Below, piece after piece: positions 7,660 through 16,380 of a DNA stretch of 64,000 nucleotides (positions within the stretch are counted from its first letter, which is position 1; each line of letters opens with the position of its first letter). The stretch spans positions 224,626 to 288,625 of the forward strand of contig JANLHL010000016.1 in NCBI GenBank assembly GCA_024654535.1, in the 5' to 3' direction. The position numbers and the translations under genes are program-made. The stretch is from Candidatus Roizmanbacteria bacterium (lineage in GTDB: Bacteria > Patescibacteriota > Microgenomatia > UBA1406). Under the pieces are notes generated by a model. It saw only the letters and a list, made by a program, of their open reading frames with translations, did not search any database and was not told where the DNA came from.

Positions 7660-8056
7660 AAGGATGTCCAAGTTCAAATACCCAATATTTAGAAATGTCA
7701 AATGACCAAGTTCAAATGACAAATAAATGTCAAAATCCCAATATCAAAAATAGTCATCATTGCGAAGGAGAAACGACCGAAACAATCCTGTTTGAGAGAT
7801 TGCTTCATACGTTCGTGAGAACTGAACGTATTCGCAATGACAAAATATTAATCTCGAGATGCAACCATTCTCCTATTGGACATTGGGATTTGGAACTTTA
7901 TTTGAACTTTGACATTTGTCATTGGAATTTTATTGGATATTTGTCATTGGAGCTTTGACATTTTTTGGATATTGGCTTTGCCCGTCGTAGCTTTAGCAAA
8001 ACCCGCTTTCTCTCTACGGGATTCAGCGAGGCGAAGGCGGGATATTGGGGTTTCTA
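7660..8056. repeat. Composite palindromic intergenic element, copy R1
   Basis: Left arm modules are ccaatat / gttcaaatgac / atgtcaaa. The right arm mirrors them (tttgaactttgacatttgtcattgg, ttggatatt). The central nested hairpin is at 7757-7840 (TCATTGCGAA...TTCGCAATGA). A GC-richer tail lies at 7978-8045. The element ends at the stop codon of the upstream minus-strand gene. Confidence 0.8.
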
Positions 8057-9691
8057 TTAGTATCCGTACGGACAATAGTACATTGTATCGCTCTTATCAA
8101 ACGTAAATTCTTCCTCACATTGCCATGAAAGCTTCGGTACGTTTGGCGTACTCATGAGTATATTCTTCGGTTTTTGATTGGACGAAAACGATTGACACGT
8201 ATGTATATATTGGTATGGCTGTAAAAAACTATAGATATAGTACACTTCGGCGCTCGCATTGCTATCATACCGGCACAATGGGGTGTACCGCGAGTTGTTT
8301 TCAAAATAACGTTGCCACTGCGCTATTTGATTTTCATAGCGGGGAATAACATATTTCGGCACTGCAACCGCAGAAGAAACGCTCATGTACCACTGCCATG
8401 AAAAAAACAAAATAAATGCCACAATTATCCATTGGCGCTTTTGCATACGAAAGAATATATATAGTATGCATAGGAAAACAATGAGTGGCACTATGTACCC
8501 AATACCGATTGTGTCTTTCTTGTCAGCTAGAAAGAAAATACCCATGGTATTGCCAAATTTATACGACTCCATATATAAGTATTTCCACACATAGAATACA
8601 AACAAAAAGAGAGGGAGTATCCAAACAAAAAGCGCATGTTTTTTTTCTCGCAAAAATGTAAGACCATCTTTCAATCCGTACACAAACATGAGTACCACTG
8701 CGGGGTCGAGGTATCGGGTGAAGATCCAGTACTGTTTATCATGTTGAGCTGTCTTGAGCATATGAAGCAGCGTTAGTGCAAATGAAGATAAAAATACAAA
8801 CCACACAAATGTGCGAGCTATTATTTCAGACGTATCTTTTTTTTTGTACGCACGGTATGATCCCCATAAAAATACGAGGCCCAATACGCCGTATAGCTCT
8901 ATCATAACTGCAGTGAACTGATTCAAGATTAATTTCAAACTCAATGGAGTAAATACACGCTTCAAGGAGCTTACATAGCCTTCTGTCTCATACAATGTTG
9001 TATGCAAAAACGTTCTCGATAAAAATGAGAAAAGCGCATAGGCAATAACTGCCGCAACCGCAAAATAACCATATTTTTTGATCCACTCACGCGGTTTTTT
9101 ATAGTGAAGCGCGTATATACTTGCCATAGAGAGTACAAACGCAGGAAACAGTGTACGGCCAAAACTACGAATTTCCTGCAAAAAAACTATGAGTGCTGCC
9201 ACAACAACACCAGAAAGAATCGCATTTTTAACTGTTTTTAAATCTTCTTTTATAAAGATTCGCAAACAAAATAATAAAAAAAACAGAAACAGAGTATACA
9301 CCGTTTCAGACATGATGCTTCCCGAGTATAAAAAAAGGGGAGGGAAGAGGGAAGTGAGCACACCTATTGTACTGCTCGCAGTAAAAAGATATGCGAGTAC
9401 TCCAATCAATGAAGACAGCGCCATAACAAGCAACAGAGCAGCACGATACTGTAGAAACGGATCATGAAACATGCCCACAACCGGCGCCAGTACAAACGAC
9501 CATCCAGGTGGATATGCCTGGTCGCGGTACAAATGTGACATAACATCTCCTCGCAGTATTTGACGAGCGCCATCTAAATATATGTATTCGTCGTAAATTA
9601 TCCAGGGGATACGAACAAAATGAAAAACTACCCACCGCGCAAGCATACCAAAGAGAAAAATGCCCAGTGCAATATACACGGTTCGCTTCAT
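8057..9691 (-). CDS. GT-C fold glycosyltransferase (PMT/ArnT-like, GT39/GT83-type)
   Basis: 544 aa with more than 10 TM helices. The first extracytoplasmic loop has a DEYIY motif analogous to the DE/DxD motif of PMT/ArnT enzymes. TATACT lies 7 nt upstream of the ATG. Confidence 0.6.
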   Translation of the reverse strand: MKRTVYIALGIFLFGMLARWVVFHFVRIPWIIYDEYIYLDGARQILRGDVMSHLYRDQAYPPGWSFVLAPVVGMFHDPFLQYRAALLLVMALSSLIGVLAYLFTASSTIGVLTSLFPPLFLYSGSIMSETVYTLFLFFLLFCLRIFIKEDLKTVKNAILSGVVVAALIVFLQEIRSFGRTLFPAFVLSMASIYALHYKKPREWIKKYGYFAVAAVIAYALFSFLSRTFLHTTLYETEGYVSSLKRVFTPLSLKLILNQFTAVMIELYGVLGLVFLWGSYRAYKKKDTSEIIARTFVWFVFLSSFALTLLHMLKTAQHDKQYWIFTRYLDPAVVLMFVYGLKDGLTFLREKKHALFVWILPLFLFVFYVWKYLYMESYKFGNTMGIFFLADKKDTIGIGYIVPLIVFLCILYIFFRMQKRQWIIVAFILFFSWQWYMSVSSAVAVPKYVIPRYENQIAQWQRYFENNSRYTPLCRYDSNASAEVYYIYSFLQPYQYIHTCQSFSSNQKPKNILMSTPNVPKLSWQCEEEFTFDKSDTMYYCPYGY

Positions 9692-9790
9692 ATCTACAAG
9701 TATAACAGACTGTATATTTCAAATCCGCTCCAGGAAGGGCGGTTTGGATATTGGACACCGTATATTCAACTCTTCCTGTATACTAAATTC

Positions 9791-10720
9791 ATGCCGGTAA
9801 AAGATGCAATTCAGCAATTTCTCGACTATTGTGAACTCGATCGCAATTTATCACAAAAAACTATTCGCATGTACTCGTACTATCTCGAATTTTTTCACAC
9901 GTGGCTTTCAAGCAACTTTGAAGATATAACCAAAGACATTGAACAACTCACCGATACACACGTGCGTAAATTTCGACTTTTTCTTGCACAACAATATAAA
10001 AATCCCTACAAAGGTATGCTGAAGCGTCAGTCTCAAAATTATTTTCTCATAGCGCTACGATCTATGCTTCGATATCTTGTCCGTGAAGAAATGAGTGTGC
10101 TTTCACCCGACAAAATTTTACTGGGTAAAGTACGCGATCGCGAGATAAAATTCCTCTCTCCTCAAGATCTTGAAAAATTGTGTACAACGCCAAATATTAA
10201 AACACAAACTGGTCTTCGAGATAAGGCAATAATAGAGGTTTTATTTTCAACAGGTCTTCGTGTAGCAGAGCTTGCAGGGCTTAATCGTGACCGGATAAAT
10301 CTTGAAACACGTGAGTTTAACGTGATTGGTAAAGGGGGTCGGGCACGTGTGGTATTTCTATCCAAACGCGCAGCACTCTGGCTGGGCAATTATATTGCCA
10401 AACGCAAAGATGAAGCACCGGCAGTATTCATCCGATACAAAGGAAAAAAAGTAAAAACGCTTGAAGACATGCGCCTCTCCCCGCGCCACATAGAACGCAT
10501 GGTAGAAAAATACCGGAGAGCTGCCGGCATCACGACTAGAATAACTCCCCATGTCCTTCGCCATTCGTTTGCCACCGATCTTCTTATGCATGGCGCTGAT
10601 ATAAGAAGTGTCCAAGAAATGTTAGGCCACAAAAATATTGCAACTACACAAATCTATACCCACGTCACCAACCCACACCTGCGCGATATCCACGAAAAAT
10701 TCCATAGTGGAAACGAATAG
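9791..10720 (+). CDS. Tyrosine recombinase, XerC/XerD family
   Basis: The SAM-like N-domain is followed by a catalytic domain: [11 protein letters not shown]...[39 protein letters not shown] (R..HxxR..Y). Start moved to ATG 9791, 6 nt after TATACT. Confidence 0.85.
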   Translation: MPVKDAIQQFLDYCELDRNLSQKTIRMYSYYLEFFHTWLSSNFEDITKDIEQLTDTHVRKFRLFLAQQYKNPYKGMLKRQSQNYFLIALRSMLRYLVREEMSVLSPDKILLGKVRDREIKFLSPQDLEKLCTTPNIKTQTGLRDKAIIEVLFSTGLRVAELAGLNRDRINLETREFNVIGKGGRARVVFLSKRAALWLGNYIAKRKDEAPAVFIRYKGKKVKTLEDMRLSPRHIERMVEKYRRAAGITTRITPHVLRHSFATDLLMHGADIRSVQEMLGHKNIATTQIYTHVTNPHLRDIHEKFHSGNE

Positions 10721-10858
10721 TAGAAGTAGTAGCGTCTCATGCCAAACGTAATTTATGAGTGATCGCTACTCTCAGTTCGCGGATAATCCTAAGTTGGTTC
10801 GAACGCGAATTCATTATATTTAGCTTAAAAAAATTAAGCTCGATATGCATGACTACAG

Positions 10859-10942
10859 TATCCAAATGTATTTAGAGCGATCATTACTCTTTATCCCGAT
10901 TACTTTCGGGATGGTTTGATCGCGACTAAATGCGTTTGGATA
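10859..10942. repeat. 84-nt imperfect inverted repeat (long nested hairpin)
   Basis: TATCCAAATGTATTTAGAGCGATCA ... TGATCGCGACTAAATGCGTTTGGATA encloses an ATCCCG-attacttt-CGGGAT hairpin. Confidence 0.6.
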
Positions 10943-10987
10943 CGAATGGATAATGAAATAAAAGTTTTTATATTATGTAAAGTAGAC

Positions 10988-11016
10988 TTGACATTTTTTT
11001 TATTCCTCTGTAGTAT
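10988..11016 (+). promoter_or_regulatory. Promoter of the XRE regulator gene
   Basis: TTGACA (10988-10993)-N17-TAGTAT (11011-11016). The GTG start at 11026 is only 9 nt downstream. Confidence 0.55.
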
Positions 11017-11025
11017 GCACATACT

Positions 11026-11250
11026 GTGATAGCCGAAAAAATTAATACATCCAACGTGCAAAAAATACGTAAACAAAATAAATTGACTCAAGAGGAGCTT
11101 GCACAAAATATTGGTGTAACAAGACAAACTATAATTGCAATAGAGAAAGGCAATTACATGCCGAGCGTACTATTAGCACTTAAGATTGCACACTTTTTCA
11201 AAAAACCTGTTGATTACCTATTTGAATATACGACACATGCACAACAATAA
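11026..11250 (+). CDS. XRE/Cro-CI family helix-turn-helix transcriptional regulator
   Basis: IRKQNKLTQEELAQNIGVTRQTIIAIEKGNYMPSVLLALKIAHFF is a canonical HTH_3 pattern. Confidence 0.85.
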   Translation: MIAEKINTSNVQKIRKQNKLTQEELAQNIGVTRQTIIAIEKGNYMPSVLLALKIAHFFKKPVDYLFEYTTHAQQ

Positions 11251-11599
11251 AACAGAAATACTTTTAGCAAGCACCGTACTTGCATTACTTTTTTTGCTTA
11301 CTGATCCATTTATGCTTTTTATGCCAAACACACTTCACATGATCATACTTGTCATTCTCGTTCTATTGTTCGGACTCTTTTCAATCTACATTTGGAAAGA
11401 AAAAGCTCGAGATGAACGTGAAGAGCTACATAGAAACATAGCTGGACGTTTTGCGTATTTGGCTGGAGCAGCAATACTACTTGTTGCAATAGTAGTGCAA
11501 AGTTTTCAGCATAGGCTTGATCCATGGCTCCTTGGAGCGCTTTCTGGCATGATCAGCGCAAAAATAATTGGAATCTTATATAGCAAGTATGCGCATTAA
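11237..11599 (+). CDS. Small membrane protein paired with the XRE regulator
   Basis: Four predicted TM segments. The ATG overlaps the regulator's 3' end by 14 nt. No known motif. Confidence 0.5.
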   Translation: MHNNKTEILLASTVLALLFLLTDPFMLFMPNTLHMIILVILVLLFGLFSIYIWKEKARDEREELHRNIAGRFAYLAGAAILLVAIVVQSFQHRLDPWLLGALSGMISAKIIGILYSKYAH

Positions 11600-11613
11600 T
11601 AATTAATAAACAA

Positions 11614-12255
11614 ATGATGAAAAAATATATAGTGTACGGGTTATTGGTCGTAAGCGTTATAGCAGTAGGTATTTTTATAGTTCTTAACAACGCCAAGACT
11701 ACCGCAATGAATAAAGATGCGGTTATGGAAAAACCGACAAGTGCGATTGCAAAAGATGAAAAAACAGCGTCTTCAGAAGCAATGATGGAAATAGGTACAG
11801 AAACGATGATGGATGACACAAAAGACACCTCAATGGAAAAGACCGATGACACAACGATGAAGAACGATGTAGAGGATATACAATATTCAGGTAAAATCTT
11901 AGCAGGTACAACAACGCCCTATATCGTCTTTAATCAGCCTGACTATACAAAGGCGAAGAAAGAAGGCAAAACTATACTGCTGAGTTTTTATGCAAATTGG
12001 TGCCCAATATGCCGAGCCGAAGCCCCAGAGCTAAATAAGGGTTTCGACATGCTTACGGCAGAAAATGTCGTCGCCTTTCGAGTCAACTTTAAAGATAGCG
12101 ACACAGATAAAACTGAAGAATCACTAGCGAAGGAATTTAAAATTCCATACCAACATACCAAGGTAATAATTAAGAATGGTACTGTTGTATTAAAAGATGG
12201 AAACCAGTGGGATAGTACAACGCTTGTTGAAAATGTAACTGCGGCGCTACGATGA
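11614..12255 (+). CDS. Membrane-anchored thioredoxin-like thiol:disulfide oxidoreductase (TlpA/ResA-like)
   Basis: N-terminal anchor, an acidic Met-rich linker, and a thioredoxin fold with FYANWCPICRAEAPEL (CxxC). Confidence 0.75.
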   Translation: MMKKYIVYGLLVVSVIAVGIFIVLNNAKTTAMNKDAVMEKPTSAIAKDEKTASSEAMMEIGTETMMDDTKDTSMEKTDDTTMKNDVEDIQYSGKILAGTTTPYIVFNQPDYTKAKKEGKTILLSFYANWCPICRAEAPELNKGFDMLTAENVVAFRVNFKDSDTDKTEESLAKEFKIPYQHTKVIIKNGTVVLKDGNQWDSTTLVENVTAALR

Positions 12256-13988
12256 CGCTTTTATTTTTTGCATTCCTTTCAGGACTCGTCACTATCCTTG
12301 CCCCATGCATTTGGCCCATTCTACCGGTCGTACTCTCTTCTTCTGCAACGGGAGGTAAACGAACACCTCTGGGTATTACACTGGGTATCATTGTGAGCTT
12401 TGGTGTACTTACCATTTCGCTTTCATACTTAGTATCTATACTCTCATTCGACCCAGATGTCCTGCGATACGGAGCGGTAATCATAATCTTTATAATGGGA
12501 TTATCGCTTCTCATGCCGCCACTGTCTGCCTTACTTGAATCAACAGTTAGTAAAATAAGTGGAAAATTTCTAAGTCAAAAAAGCACACCAGCTCACGGAT
12601 TTGGTAAAGGCTTCATAACAGGATTATCGTTGGGTGTCGTATGGACACCGTGTGCAGGCCCTATACTAGCCACTATAGCTGCGCTTGCCTCAACCCAGAC
12701 ATTCAGTGCTCAACTTTTTTTGGTAACTTTTTTCTACGTTATCGGCCTGGGCATACCGCTCTTTCTGTTTGCACTCGCAGGAAGAAGCATTCTCAAAATA
12801 ACGGTAAAATTAAACCGATTTACCGGACGTGTGCAACAAGTGTTTGGTGCGATTATGATCATTACTGCGTTCCTCATACTTACTGGCTTCGATCGCGTAC
12901 TACAGGCAAAGCTGCTCGACATATTTCCATCGTATTCAACTGCACTCACAAAACTCGAAAATAATTCCTCAGTACAAAAAGGACTTAACGAACTAAAACA
13001 AGACGATACCTCATCGCAGCGGTTCTCATTTGGTACACAGCAAAAATTAAAAGACTATGGTGAAGCTCCTGAATTTACCGGAATCACAAACTGGCTGAAT
13101 GCCGACGGTAAGCCACTGACAATGAGTCAGTTGAAAGGAAAAGTTGTGCTTGTCGACTTCTGGACGTACACCTGTATAAATTGTATTCGTACACTACCAC
13201 AGGTAAAGGAATGGTACGACAAATACCACGATAAGGGCCTTGTGATAGTCGGCGTGCATACACCTGAGTTCGAATTTGAAAAAAAGACCGAAAACGTAGA
13301 GAAAGCACTCGAACAATTTAAAATACAGTATCCGGTTGCCCAAGACAATAATTACACAACATGGAACGCGTACAACAATCTCTACTGGCCGGCAAAATAT
13401 TTAATTGATGCAAAAGGACACATCCGTTACACGCACTTTGGAGAAGGGGAATATGATACAACAGAACAGGCTATTCGAACACTCCTTGAAGAAAAGGGGA
13501 CCACTACCCTACCGCAACCCAAAAAAAGCGCCCCCGACGATACCCCACAAAATGCTCTCACACCAGAAACATATTTGGGAACGGCACGTTTGGAACGTTT
13601 TACTTCACATGAAAGCGCCATAGATGGCTCCAGAACATACACAAACACAGAAGCGATTCCCCTACATTCATTTGCCTATAGAGGACAATGGAAACTTTCT
13701 CCTGAATATGCTCAACCACAAAAAACAGCCTTACTCACGCTCCATTTCCGAGCGCAAAAGGTGTTTCTCGTTATGACTCCCCTCACTTCGAACCAAAAAA
13801 TACGCGTTTTGCTCGATGGAAAGACTATCACTGCTGTAGATTCGGGACAAGACGTACACGACGGATATATACTCCTTGATACATCACGCCTCTACGAACT
13901 CGTGAAACTAAACGACGTACAGGAACATAGACTACAACTAGAATTTATAACATCAGACGTAGAAGTATTTGCATTTACGTTTGGCTAG
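12252..13988 (+). CDS. DipZ-like fusion: CcdA/DsbD-type membrane electron transporter + thioredoxin-like domain + C-terminal beta domain
   Basis: TM-embedded cysteines (LAPCIWP, WTPCAGP), then VLVDFWTYTCINCIRTLP (CxxC) and YWPAKYLIDAKGHIRY. The start overlaps the upstream gene by 4 nt. Confidence 0.75.
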   Translation: MTLLFFAFLSGLVTILAPCIWPILPVVLSSSATGGKRTPLGITLGIIVSFGVLTISLSYLVSILSFDPDVLRYGAVIIIFIMGLSLLMPPLSALLESTVSKISGKFLSQKSTPAHGFGKGFITGLSLGVVWTPCAGPILATIAALASTQTFSAQLFLVTFFYVIGLGIPLFLFALAGRSILKITVKLNRFTGRVQQVFGAIMIITAFLILTGFDRVLQAKLLDIFPSYSTALTKLENNSSVQKGLNELKQDDTSSQRFSFGTQQKLKDYGEAPEFTGITNWLNADGKPLTMSQLKGKVVLVDFWTYTCINCIRTLPQVKEWYDKYHDKGLVIVGVHTPEFEFEKKTENVEKALEQFKIQYPVAQDNNYTTWNAYNNLYWPAKYLIDAKGHIRYTHFGEGEYDTTEQAIRTLLEEKGTTTLPQPKKSAPDDTPQNALTPETYLGTARLERFTSHESAIDGSRTYTNTEAIPLHSFAYRGQWKLSPEYAQPQKTALLTLHFRAQKVFLVMTPLTSNQKIRVLLDGKTITAVDSGQDVHDGYILLDTSRLYELVKLNDVQEHRLQLEFITSDVEVFAFTFG

Positions 13989-14773
13989 AATTGTAATTAT
14001 TGCTTATAGATCTCCCTTCGGTATTTCATTGCGGGCTCTTATCCCCATTACACGTGCCTCTGTATGTATCGCATAGACATATGAGGGCTAAATTACACCA
14101 GATACATATAGAAACACGTGGAGAATAGGGAATTCGTGCTTATGATTGGATAGTTTAGCCTGTCGTGATAGGCCATAGTACTATTTTTTATAGAAAAGTT
14201 GTTTAGAAATGTCATTTAAGGGCACTTATGTCATGGATAGAGGAATATGAACAAAATAAAAACGGATATGGCGCGAAATAATTGCGGAAAATACAAAGAA
14301 ATAGTTCAGAACAAATACACATAGCCTCCTCCGCTACGTAGGCTATACGTCGTTAAAGATACATTTTACGACGTATGGTAGACTTCTCTTTTTGCGGGAA
14401 TTTATAGCAAAATCACTTCTTTTGACTACAGATCTTTTAGGAGAATATATCATTACTCTTTCTATGATATAGGTACACAATTCCATGGGATATATTCAAA
14501 ATTATGTAGAAATAATCGTAAAATAGACACTCCTCCGTATGGAGAGGTGTGGTAGTGCTTTACGGTCTCTAGCAAGCTTATGCGTTGTGTGCAAACATAT
14601 TCTCTACACATCTGTTTTTCGTCCAGTTATCCACACTCTTATTTTCGTACGATCGTGAATATTATAGGATACTGCTATATTTACTATAGGACATTGTTCA
14701 CGTCCGTGTACTTTCCCCTCTTCCCTCCTTCGTGCATTGGTCTATACGAGTTGTTCTAACAGTCTTTTTTTCT

Positions 14774-15571
14774 TTAAAATTGCATTGATAAAACTATAAA
14801 TGCAATAAGAATACCGTACACAACGATATATTCTTTAATACGATTTAAATATACCGTGTCTTGTATAATCTCCTGAGCGACACCAATAAGGAAATAGGCC
14901 ATTGCAACGTTCAAAATGGCGTATATAGTGGTTTTAAGGGGCAAGAAGCTCGCAAATATAATGCCAAACCCCAAAAGCACTGAAAGCAGCGTACTCATCT
15001 TGTACACTCTCTCCTCAAGTACAGACATTGGGTTTGCTATCCATAGGCTATGAAAAAAGAGTGGAAACGAAGCTAACATACCTATAAAAGATGCAAGTAG
15101 ATAGTTCAAGCCAAATGAAAAAAGAATAGTAAACATGAGGAGTAGTATGAGGAGGATAATAAAGTTAGTTACTGAGTATGCGGCTCTGTAAAGAGCAAGC
15201 GTCTTCTCTACTCCCACGTTAAAGATGTTCTCGGAGAGAAGTATGGCATATAACATAATGCCGTACAGAACGACGAAAGGTATACGCGTTAACAATCGGA
15301 CGGGTAAAAGATAGTAAAACAAGAGGGCAATAGCTGTAAGACTGAGGGGCAATATAAAAAGCTGTATCCACTCTATACCCTCTATATTCTCAAGTATGCC
15401 AATATATGTTACAAAATAAGCCAATAGCAAGAGAGGCAATATGTGAAATAGCGCCATGTGATAAGGTAGGTACGTTATCGCAAACAAATATATAGACAGG
15501 ATTGCACACGATAGTGCAAAACGTTTTCGCTTCCCTATTTCTATAAGTATATTTCTGAACTTGTGTATCAT
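14774..15571 (-). CDS. Polytopic membrane protein, unknown function
   Basis: About 8 TM helices. The start overlaps the yebC-like stop (ATGA), which suggests co-translation. Confidence 0.5.
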   Translation of the reverse strand: MIHKFRNILIEIGKRKRFALSCAILSIYLFAITYLPYHMALFHILPLLLLAYFVTYIGILENIEGIEWIQLFILPLSLTAIALLFYYLLPVRLLTRIPFVVLYGIMLYAILLSENIFNVGVEKTLALYRAAYSVTNFIILLILLLMFTILFSFGLNYLLASFIGMLASFPLFFHSLWIANPMSVLEERVYKMSTLLSVLLGFGIIFASFLPLKTTIYAILNVAMAYFLIGVAQEIIQDTVYLNRIKEYIVVYGILIAFIVLSMQF

Positions 15572-16284
15572 TCGTGGAAAGTAAAATTCACAAATACATC
15601 TTGAACATCATCAAGCTCTTCTAGACTTTCGAGAATTCCACAGGCACGCTCGTAGTCATTTTCAGTAAGTGTTAATGGGCTCAAGGGTCTATATTCTACA
15701 GCAACAGATACTGGAATTTTCAATTCATCGGCGCTCCGTAGAGCCTCAGACATAGCTTCATACGCTATGACTAGTTCATATCCATCCTCCACTTTTTCTA
15801 TATCGCTTGCAGTAACTACATCTGCTAAACGAAACGCACCATTCTCATCTACTGTACGAGCTGTAGTGAGAACTCCACATTTATTAAATAAGTACGAAAT
15901 TGCCCCCTTCTCTCCTAGTTTTGATTGAGCTTTTGTAAATACAAGTCTCACTTCTCCCAACGTACGGTTTGTATTATCAGTTGCAACATGTATCAAAAAA
16001 GCACTTCCGCCTGGCCCAATTCCTTCATATATCGCCTCAATTAAAGACTCTTTTTGTGTGGATTTATCCAAAATTCTTTGTATATTTTCCTTGGGCAAAT
16101 TAAATGCTTTAGCCTTTTCTATAGCTGTTCTCAAGTATGCGTTTAAATTTGGATCGACTACATTCCCACCCTCTTTAATGGCAAAAAGTATATCTTTGCT
16201 CGCGCGAGCAAACGCTTTCCCTTTTTGTTGATCAACCGATTCTTTTTTTCTTTTTATTGTTGCCCAGTGCGAATGTCCTGACAT
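15568..16284 (-). CDS. YebC/PmpR family DNA-binding regulator
   Basis: MSGHSHWATIKRKKESVDQQKGKAFA is the canonical family N-terminus; 238 aa. Confidence 0.9.
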   Translation of the reverse strand: MSGHSHWATIKRKKESVDQQKGKAFARASKDILFAIKEGGNVVDPNLNAYLRTAIEKAKAFNLPKENIQRILDKSTQKESLIEAIYEGIGPGGSAFLIHVATDNTNRTLGEVRLVFTKAQSKLGEKGAISYLFNKCGVLTTARTVDENGAFRLADVVTASDIEKVEDGYELVIAYEAMSEALRSADELKIPVSVAVEYRPLSPLTLTENDYERACGILESLEELDDVQDVFVNFTFHE

Positions 16285-16380
16285 GAATTACAGTATACCA
16301 CGAAAACATAAATCTCATTTATAAGCTTCATTATTAAGAATAGATTGACTTTTTTCTTGTTACCTTTATACTAGGCAGGT

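Noticed and set aside
7695-8106. ORFs 7695..7958 and 7909..8106
   Set aside because: They are encoded entirely by the palindromic repeat element R1. The translation reflects repeat modules (QMTNKCQNPNIK, FDICHWNF), and similar modules at the other repeat copies are not in a consistent frame.
9620-9790. 57-codon N-terminal extension of the recombinase ORF
   Set aside because: It overlaps the start of the divergent GT-C gene. The family-typical N-terminus begins at [13 protein letters not shown], and ATG 9791 has the -10-N6 context.
10795-10812. GGTTCGAAC, reminiscent of a tRNA T-loop, downstream of the recombinase (possible tRNA-fragment attachment site)
   Set aside because: Flanking bases do not form a T-stem or acceptor stem. 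It is simply part of the TTCGCG...CGCGAA hairpin loop.
10900-11127. 75-aa minus-strand ORF
   Set aside because: It overlaps the XRE gene and its promoter in antisense. It is hydrophobic and low-complexity with no support.
14704-14718. Minus-strand GGGGAAAGTACACGG resembling the RNase P RNA CR-I motif (GAGGAAAGTCCGGGC). A possible P4 partner GTGTATTT lies at about 14309-14316.
   Set aside because: No P3 hairpin lies upstream. There is no ACAGAA J2/4 motif before the putative 3' P4 strand, no recognisable CR-II/III/IV, and the spacing is inconsistent. I consider it a chance similarity, pending a covariance-model scan.
13989-14773. Idea that the ORF-free gap hides a gene read with a reassigned stop codon
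   Set aside because: TAA, TAG and TGA all occur repeatedly in every frame, so no single reassignment opens a long frame. All three stops also terminate well-supported genes elsewhere in the window.
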